Notes under the pieces: model-generated
What the model was told of the DNA's origin: nothing
Seen by the model: only the letters and a program-made list of their open reading frames with translations
The model's database searches: none
Assembly: GCA_958429345.1 (NCBI GenBank)
Contig: CAUAJK010000004.1
Coordinates: forward strand, 14,781 to 78,780
DNA from: an uncultured Collinsella sp.
Lineage (GTDB): Bacteria > Actinomycetota > Coriobacteriia > Coriobacteriales > Coriobacteriaceae
Length of the DNA stretch: 64,000 nucleotides
Reading direction: 5' to 3'
Part shown: positions 8,838 to 19,844 of the stretch, one piece after another
How positions within the stretch are numbered: the first letter of the stretch is position 1
Layout: every line of letters begins with the position of its first letter
Program-made: the position numbers and the translations under genes

Positions 8838-10142
8838 ATGGATAACCTTGCCAAACCCACGAACCGAGCGCTGTTTTTGGTCAGCGTTGCCGTGACCGGT
8901 GCACTCGCGGGTGCCGCAGTCTGGCTATTCTTCTTTGCGATGGAGCACGGCATTGATTATTTGTGGACCGAGGTCCCGCATAAGCTGGGTGTCTCTTCGC
9001 CCGAACTCGCCAGCGGCCCGTTTGGCTTTTTGCCGTACCCGTTTTTCGTTTGCCTGTTGGGCGGCTTGGTGATTGGCCTGTACGAAAAGATGACGGGCAT
9101 CAAGACCGACGACCTCAACCAGGTCATGGCCAAGGTCAAGCAAGACGGGCGCTACCCGTACGACAACCTGGGCAAGCTTTCGCTCGCGGCATTGCTGCCG
9201 CTGCTGTTTGGTGGAAGTATTGGACCGGAGGCCGGTCTGACCGGCGTTATCGCAGGTCTGTGCAGCTGGGTCGGCGATCGTATGCGTCGCTTTGGCGCCG
9301 AGTTTAGGGAGCTCACGCTGCTGGGCACCCAGGCTGCCCTGACGGCGCTCTTTACCGCGCCCGTCTTTGGTTTTGTGGCACCGCTCGCTGGTAGCGCCGA
9401 CGGCCAGGGCGAAGACGCCGACGATGAGTCCGTGTCCGACGAGGTCACCATCAAGCTGCCCAAGGCGCAAAAGACCGTGGTCTACGGCATTGCGATTGCC
9501 GGCGGTCTGGGCACCTACCTGCTGCTTGGCCAGCTTGTGGGCGGCGGCATGGGTATGCCGAGGTTTGAGTCCGCCGAGGTGGGCAACCTGGAGCTTACCT
9601 GGCTCATTCCTCTGTCGCTGATCGGAACAATCTGCGGCTGGCTGTACTTTGTCTCTGAGCACGCGAGTGAAGTGCTTGCCCACGCAATAGGGGAGCACCC
9701 CATCGCTAAGGCCATGCTGGCCGGTCTGGTACTTGCCGCCTGCGGTACGGCTCTGCCCTTCACCATGTTTGCCGGCGAGACCCAGGCCGACGTGCTCATG
9801 GAAACCTATCTGACCATTCCCGCCGGCGTGCTTATCGCGACCGGTCTGGTCAAGGCCATGCTGACCCCCGCTCTTATCAACTTGGGCTGGCGCGGCGGTC
9901 ACTTCTTCCCCGTTATCTTCTCAGGCGTAAGCCTGGGCTATGGCCTTGCCATCCTCACCGGCGCAGATCCGGTCTTTTGCGTCGCCGTCTGCACGGCATC
10001 GACGATGGGTGCGGTCATGCGCCAGCCTGTCATGGTTGTGGGCCTGCTGCTTATGTGTTTCCCGCTCAAGGGCATCGTTTGCATGATCATCGCGGCTGTC
10101 ATCGCCGCCGGCATTCCGCTGCCCAAGCCGCTGCGCAAGTAG
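8838..10142 (+). CDS. ClC family voltage-gated chloride channel / H+-Cl- antiporter
   Basis: Polytopic membrane protein with GSIGPEAG (GSGIPE-like) and GGHFFPVIF (GxFxP) motifs. TAG stop. Confidence 0.8.
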   Translation: MDNLAKPTNRALFLVSVAVTGALAGAAVWLFFFAMEHGIDYLWTEVPHKLGVSSPELASGPFGFLPYPFFVCLLGGLVIGLYEKMTGIKTDDLNQVMAKVKQDGRYPYDNLGKLSLAALLPLLFGGSIGPEAGLTGVIAGLCSWVGDRMRRFGAEFRELTLLGTQAALTALFTAPVFGFVAPLAGSADGQGEDADDESVSDEVTIKLPKAQKTVVYGIAIAGGLGTYLLLGQLVGGGMGMPRFESAEVGNLELTWLIPLSLIGTICGWLYFVSEHASEVLAHAIGEHPIAKAMLAGLVLAACGTALPFTMFAGETQADVLMETYLTIPAGVLIATGLVKAMLTPALINLGWRGGHFFPVIFSGVSLGYGLAILTGADPVFCVAVCTASTMGAVMRQPVMVVGLLLMCFPLKGIVCMIIAAVIAAGIPLPKPLRK

Positions 10143-10236
10143 CACGGTAGCGCGCAGTCAGTACAAACATCTCAAGTCCGGTGCGGGCGCTGTGTCACGG
10201 ATTTGCGGGTGGACTGGATTTCGTTCGGTATCGGCG

Positions 10237-11112
10237 CTACTTCCAAATTGCAAGCGCGGCGGTGCCCAGTACGATGAGGGCGAGACCGATGGCGCTGCGG
10301 CGGGAGAGTTTTTCGTTGAATGCCAGGCGCGCAAATAGCACCGATACGACAATCGATAGTTTGTCGATCTGCACCACGACACTCACCTGGCCTGCAGCGA
10401 TGGCATAGTAATAGAGCAGCCACGATGCTCCAGTCGCGATGCCCGATGTTGCGAGAAATGTGAGTTCGCGCCGGTCAGCGTGCGCGACCTGCTCCAGTTT
10501 TCCCTTGGCTGCCACGATTGCCCATGCCATAACCAGTACCACGCAGGTGCGGATTGCCGTGGCCAGGTTTGACTCGATGCCTTCGATGCCGATCTTGGCG
10601 AGGACGGAGGTGAGTGCCGCGAACACGGCGGCGCCGAGGGCGTAAGCGAGCCAGGTTCGGTCTTGCTGCTGCTCGGGTTCGGCGGACTGCTTCTTCTCGA
10701 TCATTAAAAACGTGCCGAGGGTGATGACAGCGGTTCCCACGAGCTTAACCGCAAGGTTGCTCGTCTCGTCAAAAAGCGCGATGGCGACCAGCGCGGCGAG
10801 CACGGTGCTCATCTTGTCGACCGGTACGACCTTATTGACATTTCCGATGCTCAACGCCTTAAAGTAACAGATCCACGAAGCACCGGTAGCGAGTCCCGAG
10901 AGGACGAGAAAGAGCCAGGATCTGGGTTCGATGCTGCCAATGGTTCCAATGGATCCAGAAATGCCCGCCATTGCCCAGGCGAAAACGAGCACCACGCAGG
11001 TGCGAATGGCCGTTGCGACATCGGAGTCGGTCTGCTTGATGCCGCATTTGGCCAAGATGGATGTGATGCCGGCAAAGAATGCTGACGCAAATGCTGCGAC
11101 AACCCACGACAC
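10237..11112 (-). CDS. EamA/DMT family transporter
   Basis: Ten-TM profile made of two internally repeated EamA-like halves (ILAKCGI...ATAIRTCVVL / VLAKIGI...ATAIRTCVVL). Confidence 0.8.
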   Translation of the reverse strand: MSWVVAAFASAFFAGITSILAKCGIKQTDSDVATAIRTCVVLVFAWAMAGISGSIGTIGSIEPRSWLFLVLSGLATGASWICYFKALSIGNVNKVVPVDKMSTVLAALVAIALFDETSNLAVKLVGTAVITLGTFLMIEKKQSAEPEQQQDRTWLAYALGAAVFAALTSVLAKIGIEGIESNLATAIRTCVVLVMAWAIVAAKGKLEQVAHADRRELTFLATSGIATGASWLLYYYAIAAGQVSVVVQIDKLSIVVSVLFARLAFNEKLSRRSAIGLALIVLGTAALAIWK

Positions 11113-11383
11113 GGGTGCGGTGCCTCCTTGGATAATGGGTTTATCCTGCGAGTTTTATGGACATGAGGATACCGCCCCACCATGAAGGTTTGATATGGCC
11201 GCGGCGAGACGGGGGTTATGTTCCGGGGAGCCATTTGGTGAAGGCTCGAATTGTCGATATGCTGTCGACTTCTCTTTGGTTTCCAAGATCTAAACGGCAT
11301 GCTTCGAAGGGCGGCGGCGTTGTTGTTGCTTCGTCTTATCTAGTAAATGAGGTGGCGTGCAGCCCAAGCCCTTTGGCTGTCGA

Positions 11384-12082
11384 TTACAGGTCGCGTGCCC
11401 GATAGACCTTGGTGCTGACTGCGCAGCTGATTGCACATAGCGCGAAGGTAAGTGCGGCGATGCCTGCACACAGACAGCCCAGAACGGCGGGATCGGGATT
11501 CGCTCCGGCAATCGACATGAGCCAGTTGCTGATGGGGTTGGAGGAGCTCAGCGTGGCCATGGCAAGGCATCCGAGCATGGCAAACAGACCAACGGATAGG
11601 CGCAGCGCTTCCATGTGTCCAAAGCGAAAGAACAGCGGCTGCGACAAAAACACCATCATGAGGGAGATGAGCATTGATGCTGCTGAGGCTATTGCAATCT
11701 CAAAGACAATCTGTCCCGTCAACGGGATACCCGCGCTGTTGAAGAGCGGGAAGGAGACGATGCTCAGAAGCGCGGCGGCGCACGCCGTGACAGCCGAGAA
11801 GACAATGATGCTCAGGTAGCGTGCGCAGATGATGTCTTTACGCGAGAGAGACAGCGTTGCGCGATAGCGCTCCCAACCGTTTTGATTGTCGAAGCCGGCC
11901 AGCGAGCTCATGACCATGATGGGTGACATGGCACTGACCGCGCAGGCGCCAGCGCTCATGCCGGAATCGCCGTCCGATGCGTTGGCAAGGGTCAGCGCGA
12001 CGAATATGAACAGGCCGACGCCCGCGATGCTCGGGACGAGCGTGCGAACGATAGCGAGCTCGGACATAAAGGCGCGTTTCAT
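11384..12082 (-). CDS. ABC-2 type transporter permease
   Basis: A 232-aa polytopic membrane protein. Its start overlaps the stop of the upstream ABC ATPase by 4 nt. Confidence 0.7.
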   Translation of the reverse strand: MKRAFMSELAIVRTLVPSIAGVGLFIFVALTLANASDGDSGMSAGACAVSAMSPIMVMSSLAGFDNQNGWERYRATLSLSRKDIICARYLSIIVFSAVTACAAALLSIVSFPLFNSAGIPLTGQIVFEIAIASAASMLISLMMVFLSQPLFFRFGHMEALRLSVGLFAMLGCLAMATLSSSNPISNWLMSIAGANPDPAVLGCLCAGIAALTFALCAISCAVSTKVYRARDL

Positions 12083-12960
12083 TTCGAAGCCCCTTTCAGC
12101 ATGAGGCGCAGATAGTCGTCAATGGTTGCCCGATCGCAGGGAATCTCGGGGAAGGCCTCGAGCGTTTCGCGACGGTTGGGCACGAGCACGTCCACGCTAT
12201 AGGCGTGGTGGGCGGCACGGGCACCTTCGACGCAAGCCATAAGCTCGGCGGCCTGTGCTTGGGTGCAGTGGGCGATGCCGGCGCGGTCGGTAATGTCCTC
12301 GCGCGGCAGATCAAACACAATCGAACCGTTATCGATGCAGATGATGCGGTCGGCGGCACGATCGAGGTCGGACGTAATGTGGCTCGAGAGCAGCACGCTG
12401 TGCTGGCCGTCGGCGACAAAGGCAAGCAGCTCATCGAGCAGCTCCTCGCGTGCCATGGGATCGAGGCCCGCGGTGGCTTCGTCCAAAACGAGCAGCTTGG
12501 CATTGTGGCTGAGTGCACAGGCAAGCTGCAGTTTCATGCCCATGCCGCGGGAGAGGTCCTTGACCTTTGTCTTGGGATCGAGGCCAAATCGGTTGATGAA
12601 TCCGGCGAACGTTTCGCGGTCCCATGTGGGGTACGTCGGGCCTACGAGCGACTCGATCTGGCCCACCCTGAGCGTGGAGGGGAAGGGGCACGTGTCCAGG
12701 ACAAGACCGACGCGGGAGCGTAGATGGCGTTGCGACTCATCGGGCGCGTCGGCGCCACAGCGCTGCCCAAACAGGTGCACTTCGCCGGCATCGAGCTTTA
12801 TAAGCCCGAGAGCAGCTCGAATCGTCGTTGTTTTGCCGGCACCGTTGGCACCCACAAAGCCGACGATCTGGCCAGGCTCCACGGCAAGCGTGACGTCGCG
12901 CAGCGAAAAACGGTCACTCACATGGCGTGAGATGCCTTTGAGTTCTAAAAGGTTTTGCAT
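12079..12960 (-). CDS. ABC transporter ATP-binding protein
   Basis: Walker A GANGAGKTT, signature LSRGMGMKL and Walker B LLVLDEA. Confidence 0.9.
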   Translation of the reverse strand: MQNLLELKGISRHVSDRFSLRDVTLAVEPGQIVGFVGANGAGKTTTIRAALGLIKLDAGEVHLFGQRCGADAPDESQRHLRSRVGLVLDTCPFPSTLRVGQIESLVGPTYPTWDRETFAGFINRFGLDPKTKVKDLSRGMGMKLQLACALSHNAKLLVLDEATAGLDPMAREELLDELLAFVADGQHSVLLSSHITSDLDRAADRIICIDNGSIVFDLPREDITDRAGIAHCTQAQAAELMACVEGARAAHHAYSVDVLVPNRRETLEAFPEIPCDRATIDDYLRLMLKGASK

Positions 12961-12983
12961 GGTATAGCCTTTCTTGCAGATGG

Positions 12984-13364
12984 CTACTGCATGGTTTCGG
13001 GGGCTACCAGGTCGAGCATCTCGTGCAGCTTGTCGCGCGTGACGCCCAGGGCCTCGGCTTGGCTTGCCGCTTTCGCGAGCAGCTCTTCGATATGGCAGAG
13101 CTGGTTTTCACGCAAGAGCTCTTGGTTGCCGTCGGCGACAAAACAGCCCTTGCCTTGCACGGTGCAGATAAACCCGAGCTGCTCCAGGTCGGCGTAGGCG
13201 CGCTTGGTGGTGATGACGCTCACGCCAAGATCGCTCGCGAGTGCACGGATGCTGGGGAGTTTGGCTCCCGCAGCGAGCGTGCCCGATAGAATCTGAGCTT
13301 TGACTTGCGAGGCTATTTGCTCGTAGATGGGCTTGTCGCTCGAATTGGATAGGATAATGTCCAC
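12984..13364 (-). CDS. GntR family (YtrA subfamily) transcriptional regulator
   Basis: A 126-aa protein with a PIYEQI...LPSIRALASDLGVSVITTKRAYADLE wHTH and a short C-terminal tail. First gene of a gntR-ABC-permease operon. Confidence 0.85.
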   Translation of the reverse strand: MDIILSNSSDKPIYEQIASQVKAQILSGTLAAGAKLPSIRALASDLGVSVITTKRAYADLEQLGFICTVQGKGCFVADGNQELLRENQLCHIEELLAKAASQAEALGVTRDKLHEMLDLVAPETMQ

Positions 13365-13391
13365 AGCGGCTCCTTAGCTGATGGGCTACAC

Positions 13392-13425
13392 GTGTATATA
13401 ACCGGTAAGCACAGTATATATACAC
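13392..13425. promoter_or_regulatory. Candidate operator: inverted repeat GTGTATATA-N16-TATATACAC upstream of gntR
   Basis: 9-bp perfect inverted repeat 28 nt upstream of the gntR start, in an AT-rich promoter-like tract. YtrA-type regulators usually autoregulate through such repeats. Confidence 0.4.
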
Positions 13426-13475
13426 TATGCACAGCTATGCAAGAGGTAAATAGGGATTGTCCGCTCGTTCATTCA

Positions 13476-13691
13476 TCTCAATCTGTAACATCTGGAACCG
13501 GTTTGGACGGCTACCTGTTACAGATTGAGATTTTGCTGGCGGACCCCATTTGGTTGTCTCAATCTGTAACAACTGGAGAAGTTTTTGGCTGCTAGATGTT
13601 ACAGATCGAGATCTTTCTGGGACGCCCACCTGTTTGTCTTAATCTGTAACAGGTAGAGGTTCAAAAACCGTCTAGATGTTACAGATCGAGA
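13476..13691. repeat. Three ~80-bp tandem units, each a 15-bp inverted repeat (TCTCAATCTGTAACA / TGTTACAGATTGAGA) with a 25-nt spacer
   Basis: Arms lie at 13476-13490/13516-13530 (perfect), 13557-13571/13597-13611 (1 mismatch) and 13637-13651/13677-13691. The period is 80-81 bp. Confidence 0.9.
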
Positions 13692-13836
13692 CAAACTGCT
13701 GCGGAGTGCCGCCATCGACTGCTACCCTAGGCCCCAACTGATGAATTTGTCCTGATAGGTGCCCTATGGCGGGATTTCGCGGCTACAATAGTGCGGTTAC
13801 ATCGACGTAATGCACTCAATGCAAGAAAGGATCCGC

Positions 13837-15450
<1,614 letters not shown>

Positions 15451-15551
15451 CGCATCGGCGCGGTGGCCCTGCGGGGCTGCCGCGCCGTTTGCTTGCCTGA
15501 TGCCGTGTGAGCGGCTATCATACCCACCGTCGTCTCAAGACCGGGGCGTCC

Positions 15552-15600
15552 GAGCAGTTCGGGTCCGATATCCTGCTCGTTAAACCTAAAACCAAAGGAG
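15552..15600 (+). promoter_or_regulatory. Candidate preQ1-I riboswitch
   Basis: P1 GAGCAG/CUGCUC has a loop starting UUC. An A-rich tail GUUAAACCUAAAACCAAAGGAG runs into the SD of yhhQ. Loop GGU could pair with tail ACC to form a pseudoknot. Confidence 0.5.
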
Positions 15601-15606
15601 TACACA

Positions 15607-16329
15607 ATGATCAAGAAGGTCATGGAGGACTATAAGGTCCTGTTGCGGAGCATTCCCGCGGCAACGGTTTCGCTGTTTTTCGTGAGCGTCATCATGATGA
15701 ACCTGCTGGCCAACAAAGAGCTTATCAGCCTGCCGTATCTGGCACTCGACTGCGGCTTTGTGGTGAGCTGGGTCTCGTTTTTGTGCCAGGATATGATCTG
15801 CAAGCGCTTTGGCGCCAAGGCATCCATCAAAATCTCTATCCTCGCGCTGCTGGTCAACCTGGCCGTGAGCCTGTGCTTTTGGGCATGCTCGCTCACGCCC
15901 GGTATGTGGGGCGCCTACTACGACACCGGCATGATCGAGGTCAACACTGCCCTTAACGCCACCATCGGCGGCACCTGGTACGTGGTGCTGGGCTCTTCGC
16001 TGGCAATGCTCGTTTCTGCCGTGGTTAACTCCACGCTCAACCAGTCGCTCGGCCGTATGCTCAAAAAGAATAACTTTGCGAGCTTCGCCTTCCGCTCCTA
16101 TGTGTCCACAGGTGTTGGCCAGTTTATCGACAACCTGGTCTTTGCCATTGTGGTGAGCCACACGTTCTTTGGTTGGACCTGGGTGCAAGTCCTTATGTGC
16201 TCGCTGACCGGCGCTGTCGCCGAGCTACTGTGCGAGGTCTTCCTGAGCCCCGTGGGCTACAAGGTCGTGCGCGGCTGGGAGCGCGAGAACGTGGGCTCCG
16301 AGTACCTCGAGCGCCACGCAACCGCCTAA
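15607..16329 (+). CDS. yhhQ: Queuosine precursor transporter (VUT/YhhQ family)
   Basis: Six-TM protein with YhhQ-like segments (SWVSFLCQDM, GQFIDNLVFAIV). Confidence 0.8.
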   Translation: MIKKVMEDYKVLLRSIPAATVSLFFVSVIMMNLLANKELISLPYLALDCGFVVSWVSFLCQDMICKRFGAKASIKISILALLVNLAVSLCFWACSLTPGMWGAYYDTGMIEVNTALNATIGGTWYVVLGSSLAMLVSAVVNSTLNQSLGRMLKKNNFASFAFRSYVSTGVGQFIDNLVFAIVVSHTFFGWTWVQVLMCSLTGAVAELLCEVFLSPVGYKVVRGWERENVGSEYLERHATA

Positions 16330-16338
16330 GGAGCAAGT

Positions 16339-17019
16339 ATGCGGGTTTTGATCACGGGCGCTTCGGGCGGTATCGGAACCGCGTGCGTGCAGCGCTTTTT
16401 GGACGAGGGCCACGAGGTCGTGGGCTTTGATCTTTTGCCGGCGGCGATCGAACACGAGCGCTACCGCCATCTGATCGTTGATGTCCGCGAGCCGGACTCG
16501 TTTCCAGACGATCTTGAGCCCCAGGTAATCGTGAACGTTGCCGGTACGCAGGATTCGGCCGATGATATCGCCGCCAACCTGTGTGGCACCATCAACGTGA
16601 CCGAGTGCTACGCCTTTGTGGGGGAGGGGCTTGCCGCCAAGCCGGCGCCGGCTATCAGATCCGTGGTCAATGTGGGGTCGGCGAGCGGGCATACGGGATC
16701 GGAGTTTCCCGCCTATGCCGCCAGCAAGGGCGGCGTTATCGCCTACACCAAGAACCTTGCAAACCGCCTGGCACCGCAGGCCATCGCCAACAGTGTGGAC
16801 CCGGGTGGCGTTATCACGCCGCTCAACCGTTGCGTGATGGAAGACGAACACCTGTGGAGCCAGATTATGGAGCTCACGCCGCTTGGGCGCTGGGCCACTG
16901 CCCAAGAGATTGCCGAGTGGATCTACTTTGTGGGCGTGACCAACCGGTTTATGACCGGACAGAGTCTGCTAATCGATGGCGGCGAGGCCGGCCGCACGCA
17001 ATTTATTTGGCCCGAATAG
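16339..17019 (+). CDS. SDR family oxidoreductase
   Basis: TGASGGIGTA cofactor motif and YAASKGG (YxxxK) catalytic motif. Confidence 0.85.
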   Translation: MRVLITGASGGIGTACVQRFLDEGHEVVGFDLLPAAIEHERYRHLIVDVREPDSFPDDLEPQVIVNVAGTQDSADDIAANLCGTINVTECYAFVGEGLAAKPAPAIRSVVNVGSASGHTGSEFPAYAASKGGVIAYTKNLANRLAPQAIANSVDPGGVITPLNRCVMEDEHLWSQIMELTPLGRWATAQEIAEWIYFVGVTNRFMTGQSLLIDGGEAGRTQFIWPE

Positions 17020-17024
17020 GAAAC

Positions 17025-17056
17025 GCGCCCGATGGAAAGCCGTCGGGCGCATTTTT
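17025..17056 (+). terminator. Rho-independent terminator
   Basis: GCGCCCGATGG-AAAG-CCGTCGGGCGC followed by ATTTTT. Confidence 0.75.
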
Positions 17057-17069
17057 GATGTATCGATTT

Positions 17070-17795
17070 TTAGTCGAGGCAAGTCCAGTTGACGGGGGTC
17101 GAGCCGTGCTGTTCGAGTAGCCGATTGGCAGCGGAGAAGGGGCGCGATCCCATAAAGGCGGGGAGTTCTGCCGTGGCACGGTTGGCCGAAAGCGGCGAGG
17201 GGTGCGTGGATGCCAGGCAGAACTTGCCGGTTGCCTTGCCCGCCCCGGTTGCGGCGAGCTTGCCTTCAACCATCTGCTGGGCAAAGCGACCCCATGCCAA
17301 AAAGACGACCGACTGGGGCAGCTGGCAGCAGCGTTCGATAACGTAGTCGGTGAGCGTGCTCCAGCCTAGTTTGGCGTGCGAGTTCGCGGCGTGTTCGCGC
17401 ACGGTGAGCGTAGTGTTGAGAAGCAGGACTCCCTGTTGTGCCCATGGCGTTAGATCTCCTGTGGCGGGAATGGGGCAACCCAGATCGGCATTGAGTTCCT
17501 TGTAGATGTTGCGCAGGCTCGGCGGCAACTTGGTTTGCGTCGCGGGGACCGAGAACGACAGCCCCATGGCCTGGTTGGGTCCGTGATAGGGGTCTTGACC
17601 CAAGATGACAACTTTGACCTGGTCGGCCGGCGTGTAGGCGAGGGCATTGAGGATGTCGTCTTGTGCCGGGTAGATAGTCTGCTCGGCACGCAAAAGGGCG
17701 ATGCGCTCGAGCAGCTGGTTCGTCGTGTCACGTACCGGCTGCGGCGCATCGCCCAACCAAGTTGCTATGTTGCGGTCGCGAGTTGCGGTGTCCAT
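17070..17795 (-). CDS. ung: Uracil-DNA glycosylase (family 1)
   Basis: GQDPYHGPNQAMGLSFSV and the HPSPLSA motif. Confidence 0.9.
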   Translation of the reverse strand: MDTATRDRNIATWLGDAPQPVRDTTNQLLERIALLRAEQTIYPAQDDILNALAYTPADQVKVVILGQDPYHGPNQAMGLSFSVPATQTKLPPSLRNIYKELNADLGCPIPATGDLTPWAQQGVLLLNTTLTVREHAANSHAKLGWSTLTDYVIERCCQLPQSVVFLAWGRFAQQMVEGKLAATGAGKATGKFCLASTHPSPLSANRATAELPAFMGSRPFSAANRLLEQHGSTPVNWTCLD

Positions 17796-17883
17796 GGGGC
17801 TCCTTTATGGCAGATGCTCTGTTGGCATCTATTGTAAAGGCGTCCGGAGACCTTTATGCCGCGGCTATAAAAGGTGAGGCGCT

Positions 17884-18792
17884 TTACGAGGCTCGCTCGG
17901 GCGCTCCTGCCATGCGGGTATGGTCGTGAGCATGCGCATGAAGTCGCGGAAGCTGCACGGTTGCCACCATGACGCCGGTGAGGATGAGGGCGGCGCCAAA
18001 GAAGGCGATGGGGCTTAGGACCTCGCCAACCAGGAAGAACGAGAAGACGGCGGAGCAGACCGGCTCGAGCGAGAAGGCGAAGCCGGTGGTCTCGGCGGGC
18101 ACGTGGGGCTGCACGAGTGTCTGAGTGATAAAGCCGTAGGCGGAGCAGATGAGTGCGAGCGCGACGACAACGACGATCTCGCTGGGCGTGCCGGGAAGCG
18201 TGAAGCCGCCAAAGGTGAATGCAGCGATGCCCGAGAACAAGCCGCCGAAGCCCAGCTGCCAAACGCCCAGAGCAAGCGGATCGACTTCTTCGACAAAGCG
18301 CTTGGCCACGATAATGTGGCTGGCATAGATAAAGGCGGAGAGCAGCATGATGAGCGCGCCCGGGTTCAGGCTGGTGAAGTCGGCGCCCGAGAGCAGCAGC
18401 ATGCCGCAGGTGACGATAGCCGTGCCGACGAGCACCTTGCGCTCGGGGGCGCGACGCAGCAGGGCGGCGTTGGCAAACGGCACGATCACGACCGTCAGGC
18501 TCTGCAAAAAGCCGGCAGTGGAGGCAGAGGTGAGGCTGGAGCCCAGGCACATGCAGGTGAGCTCGGTTGCCATAATGGCGCCGATGATGGCGGCGCGAAC
18601 CATAAGGTCGCGGTTGATACGGAAAACACGCTTGTGGAAGAGCAGCAGACAGGCCACAAAGGCGATGATGCAGCGTAGCGCGACGATACTCGTGGCGTTC
18701 ATGCTGTCCATGCCGATTTTCATGAGGGGATACGAAAAGCCCCATGCGACGGGAACGGAAAATGAGAGCGCGATTGCTTTTTTGCGATCCAT
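17884..18792 (-). CDS. EamA/DMT family transporter
   Basis: Ten-TM, two-EamA-repeat profile. Divergent from a LysR regulator gene. Confidence 0.75.
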   Translation of the reverse strand: MDRKKAIALSFSVPVAWGFSYPLMKIGMDSMNATSIVALRCIIAFVACLLLFHKRVFRINRDLMVRAAIIGAIMATELTCMCLGSSLTSASTAGFLQSLTVVIVPFANAALLRRAPERKVLVGTAIVTCGMLLLSGADFTSLNPGALIMLLSAFIYASHIIVAKRFVEEVDPLALGVWQLGFGGLFSGIAAFTFGGFTLPGTPSEIVVVVALALICSAYGFITQTLVQPHVPAETTGFAFSLEPVCSAVFSFFLVGEVLSPIAFFGAALILTGVMVATVQLPRLHAHAHDHTRMAGAPERAS

Positions 18793-18950
18793 GGGACTCC
18801 TTTTGTTACAGAACGGTTTCGCAAAAAGGATTCTGCTCCCAGATTTGGATGTAGTAAAGCGAATGTATCTTCAGTATGATTAAGAAATGCTAATGTTAGC
18901 AGAAAAAGCCCTGGCAAAACGTTTTACGGCTGCATTGATGTGGAGGCACG

Positions 18951-19817
18951 ATGGCATCGCGATATCAGATTGTTTGTATGGTGGTCGATCGCGGCAGCCT
19001 TAAAGGCGCAGCGGACGAGCTGGGCTATACGCAAAGTGCGGTGAGCCAGGCCGTCAAGGCGCTCGAACGCGAGCTGGGTACCACGCTTATCGAGCGCGGA
19101 AAGCAGGGCGTCTCGCTTACGCGCGACGGTAAACAATATCTGCCGTACCTGCGACAGATTGTGACTGCCGAGGCTGAGCTCGAGGGCAAGCGCCAGGAAC
19201 TGCTGGGGCTTTCGTCGACTGATATTCGCATTGCGACGTTTACCAACGTGAGCCGTACTGTGTTGCCGCGCGTGATCCGCGACTTTGGTGCGCTGCACCC
19301 GGGCGTACGCTTTACCCTCAAGCAGGGAGATTACACGCGCAACGCCCAGTGGGTGCACAATGGCGTGGTTGATTTTTGCTTTACGGCACGCGGGTTTACC
19401 GCGGGGCTCGAGAAGCGTGTGGTCTATCACGACGAGTTGGTGGCACTGTTGCCGGCTGCGCATCCGCTGACAGCAAAGGAAAAGGTGACGCTCGCCGACC
19501 TGGCGTCCGAGCCGTTTGTGCTGCTGGATGAGGGCGAACAGAGTCTGGTGCTCGATGCATTCGCGGCGCATGGACTGTCGCCGCACGTGACGAGCGAGGT
19601 GACCGACGACTACACCATCATGGCGATGGTGGAGGAGGGCCTAGGCGTGAGCATGCTATATCGCCGTACCGTTGAGGGCATGCGGGCCGATATTCGCGTG
19701 CGGCCCATCGTGCACGCTCCTTCGCGCGACGTGGTGGCAGCCTGGCGCAGCTGGGACACCATGCCCATCGCCACGAGGCGCTTTATCGACTATATGAGCT
19801 CGCATATTGTCAATTAA
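18951..19817 (+). CDS. LysR family transcriptional regulator
   Basis: N-terminal HTH GSLKGAADELGYTQSAVSQAVKALE followed by a LysR substrate-binding body. Confidence 0.85.
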   Translation: MASRYQIVCMVVDRGSLKGAADELGYTQSAVSQAVKALERELGTTLIERGKQGVSLTRDGKQYLPYLRQIVTAEAELEGKRQELLGLSSTDIRIATFTNVSRTVLPRVIRDFGALHPGVRFTLKQGDYTRNAQWVHNGVVDFCFTARGFTAGLEKRVVYHDELVALLPAAHPLTAKEKVTLADLASEPFVLLDEGEQSLVLDAFAAHGLSPHVTSEVTDDYTIMAMVEEGLGVSMLYRRTVEGMRADIRVRPIVHAPSRDVVAAWRSWDTMPIATRRFIDYMSSHIVN

Positions 19818-19844
19818 TGACTGGCGTGGCGTTGAGTGTGGTGT

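Noticed and set aside
13476-13691. CRISPR array.
   Set aside because: There are only three units. The repeats are inverted pairs forming hairpins rather than direct repeats separated by unique spacers, the spacers are related to each other, and there are no cas genes or leader.
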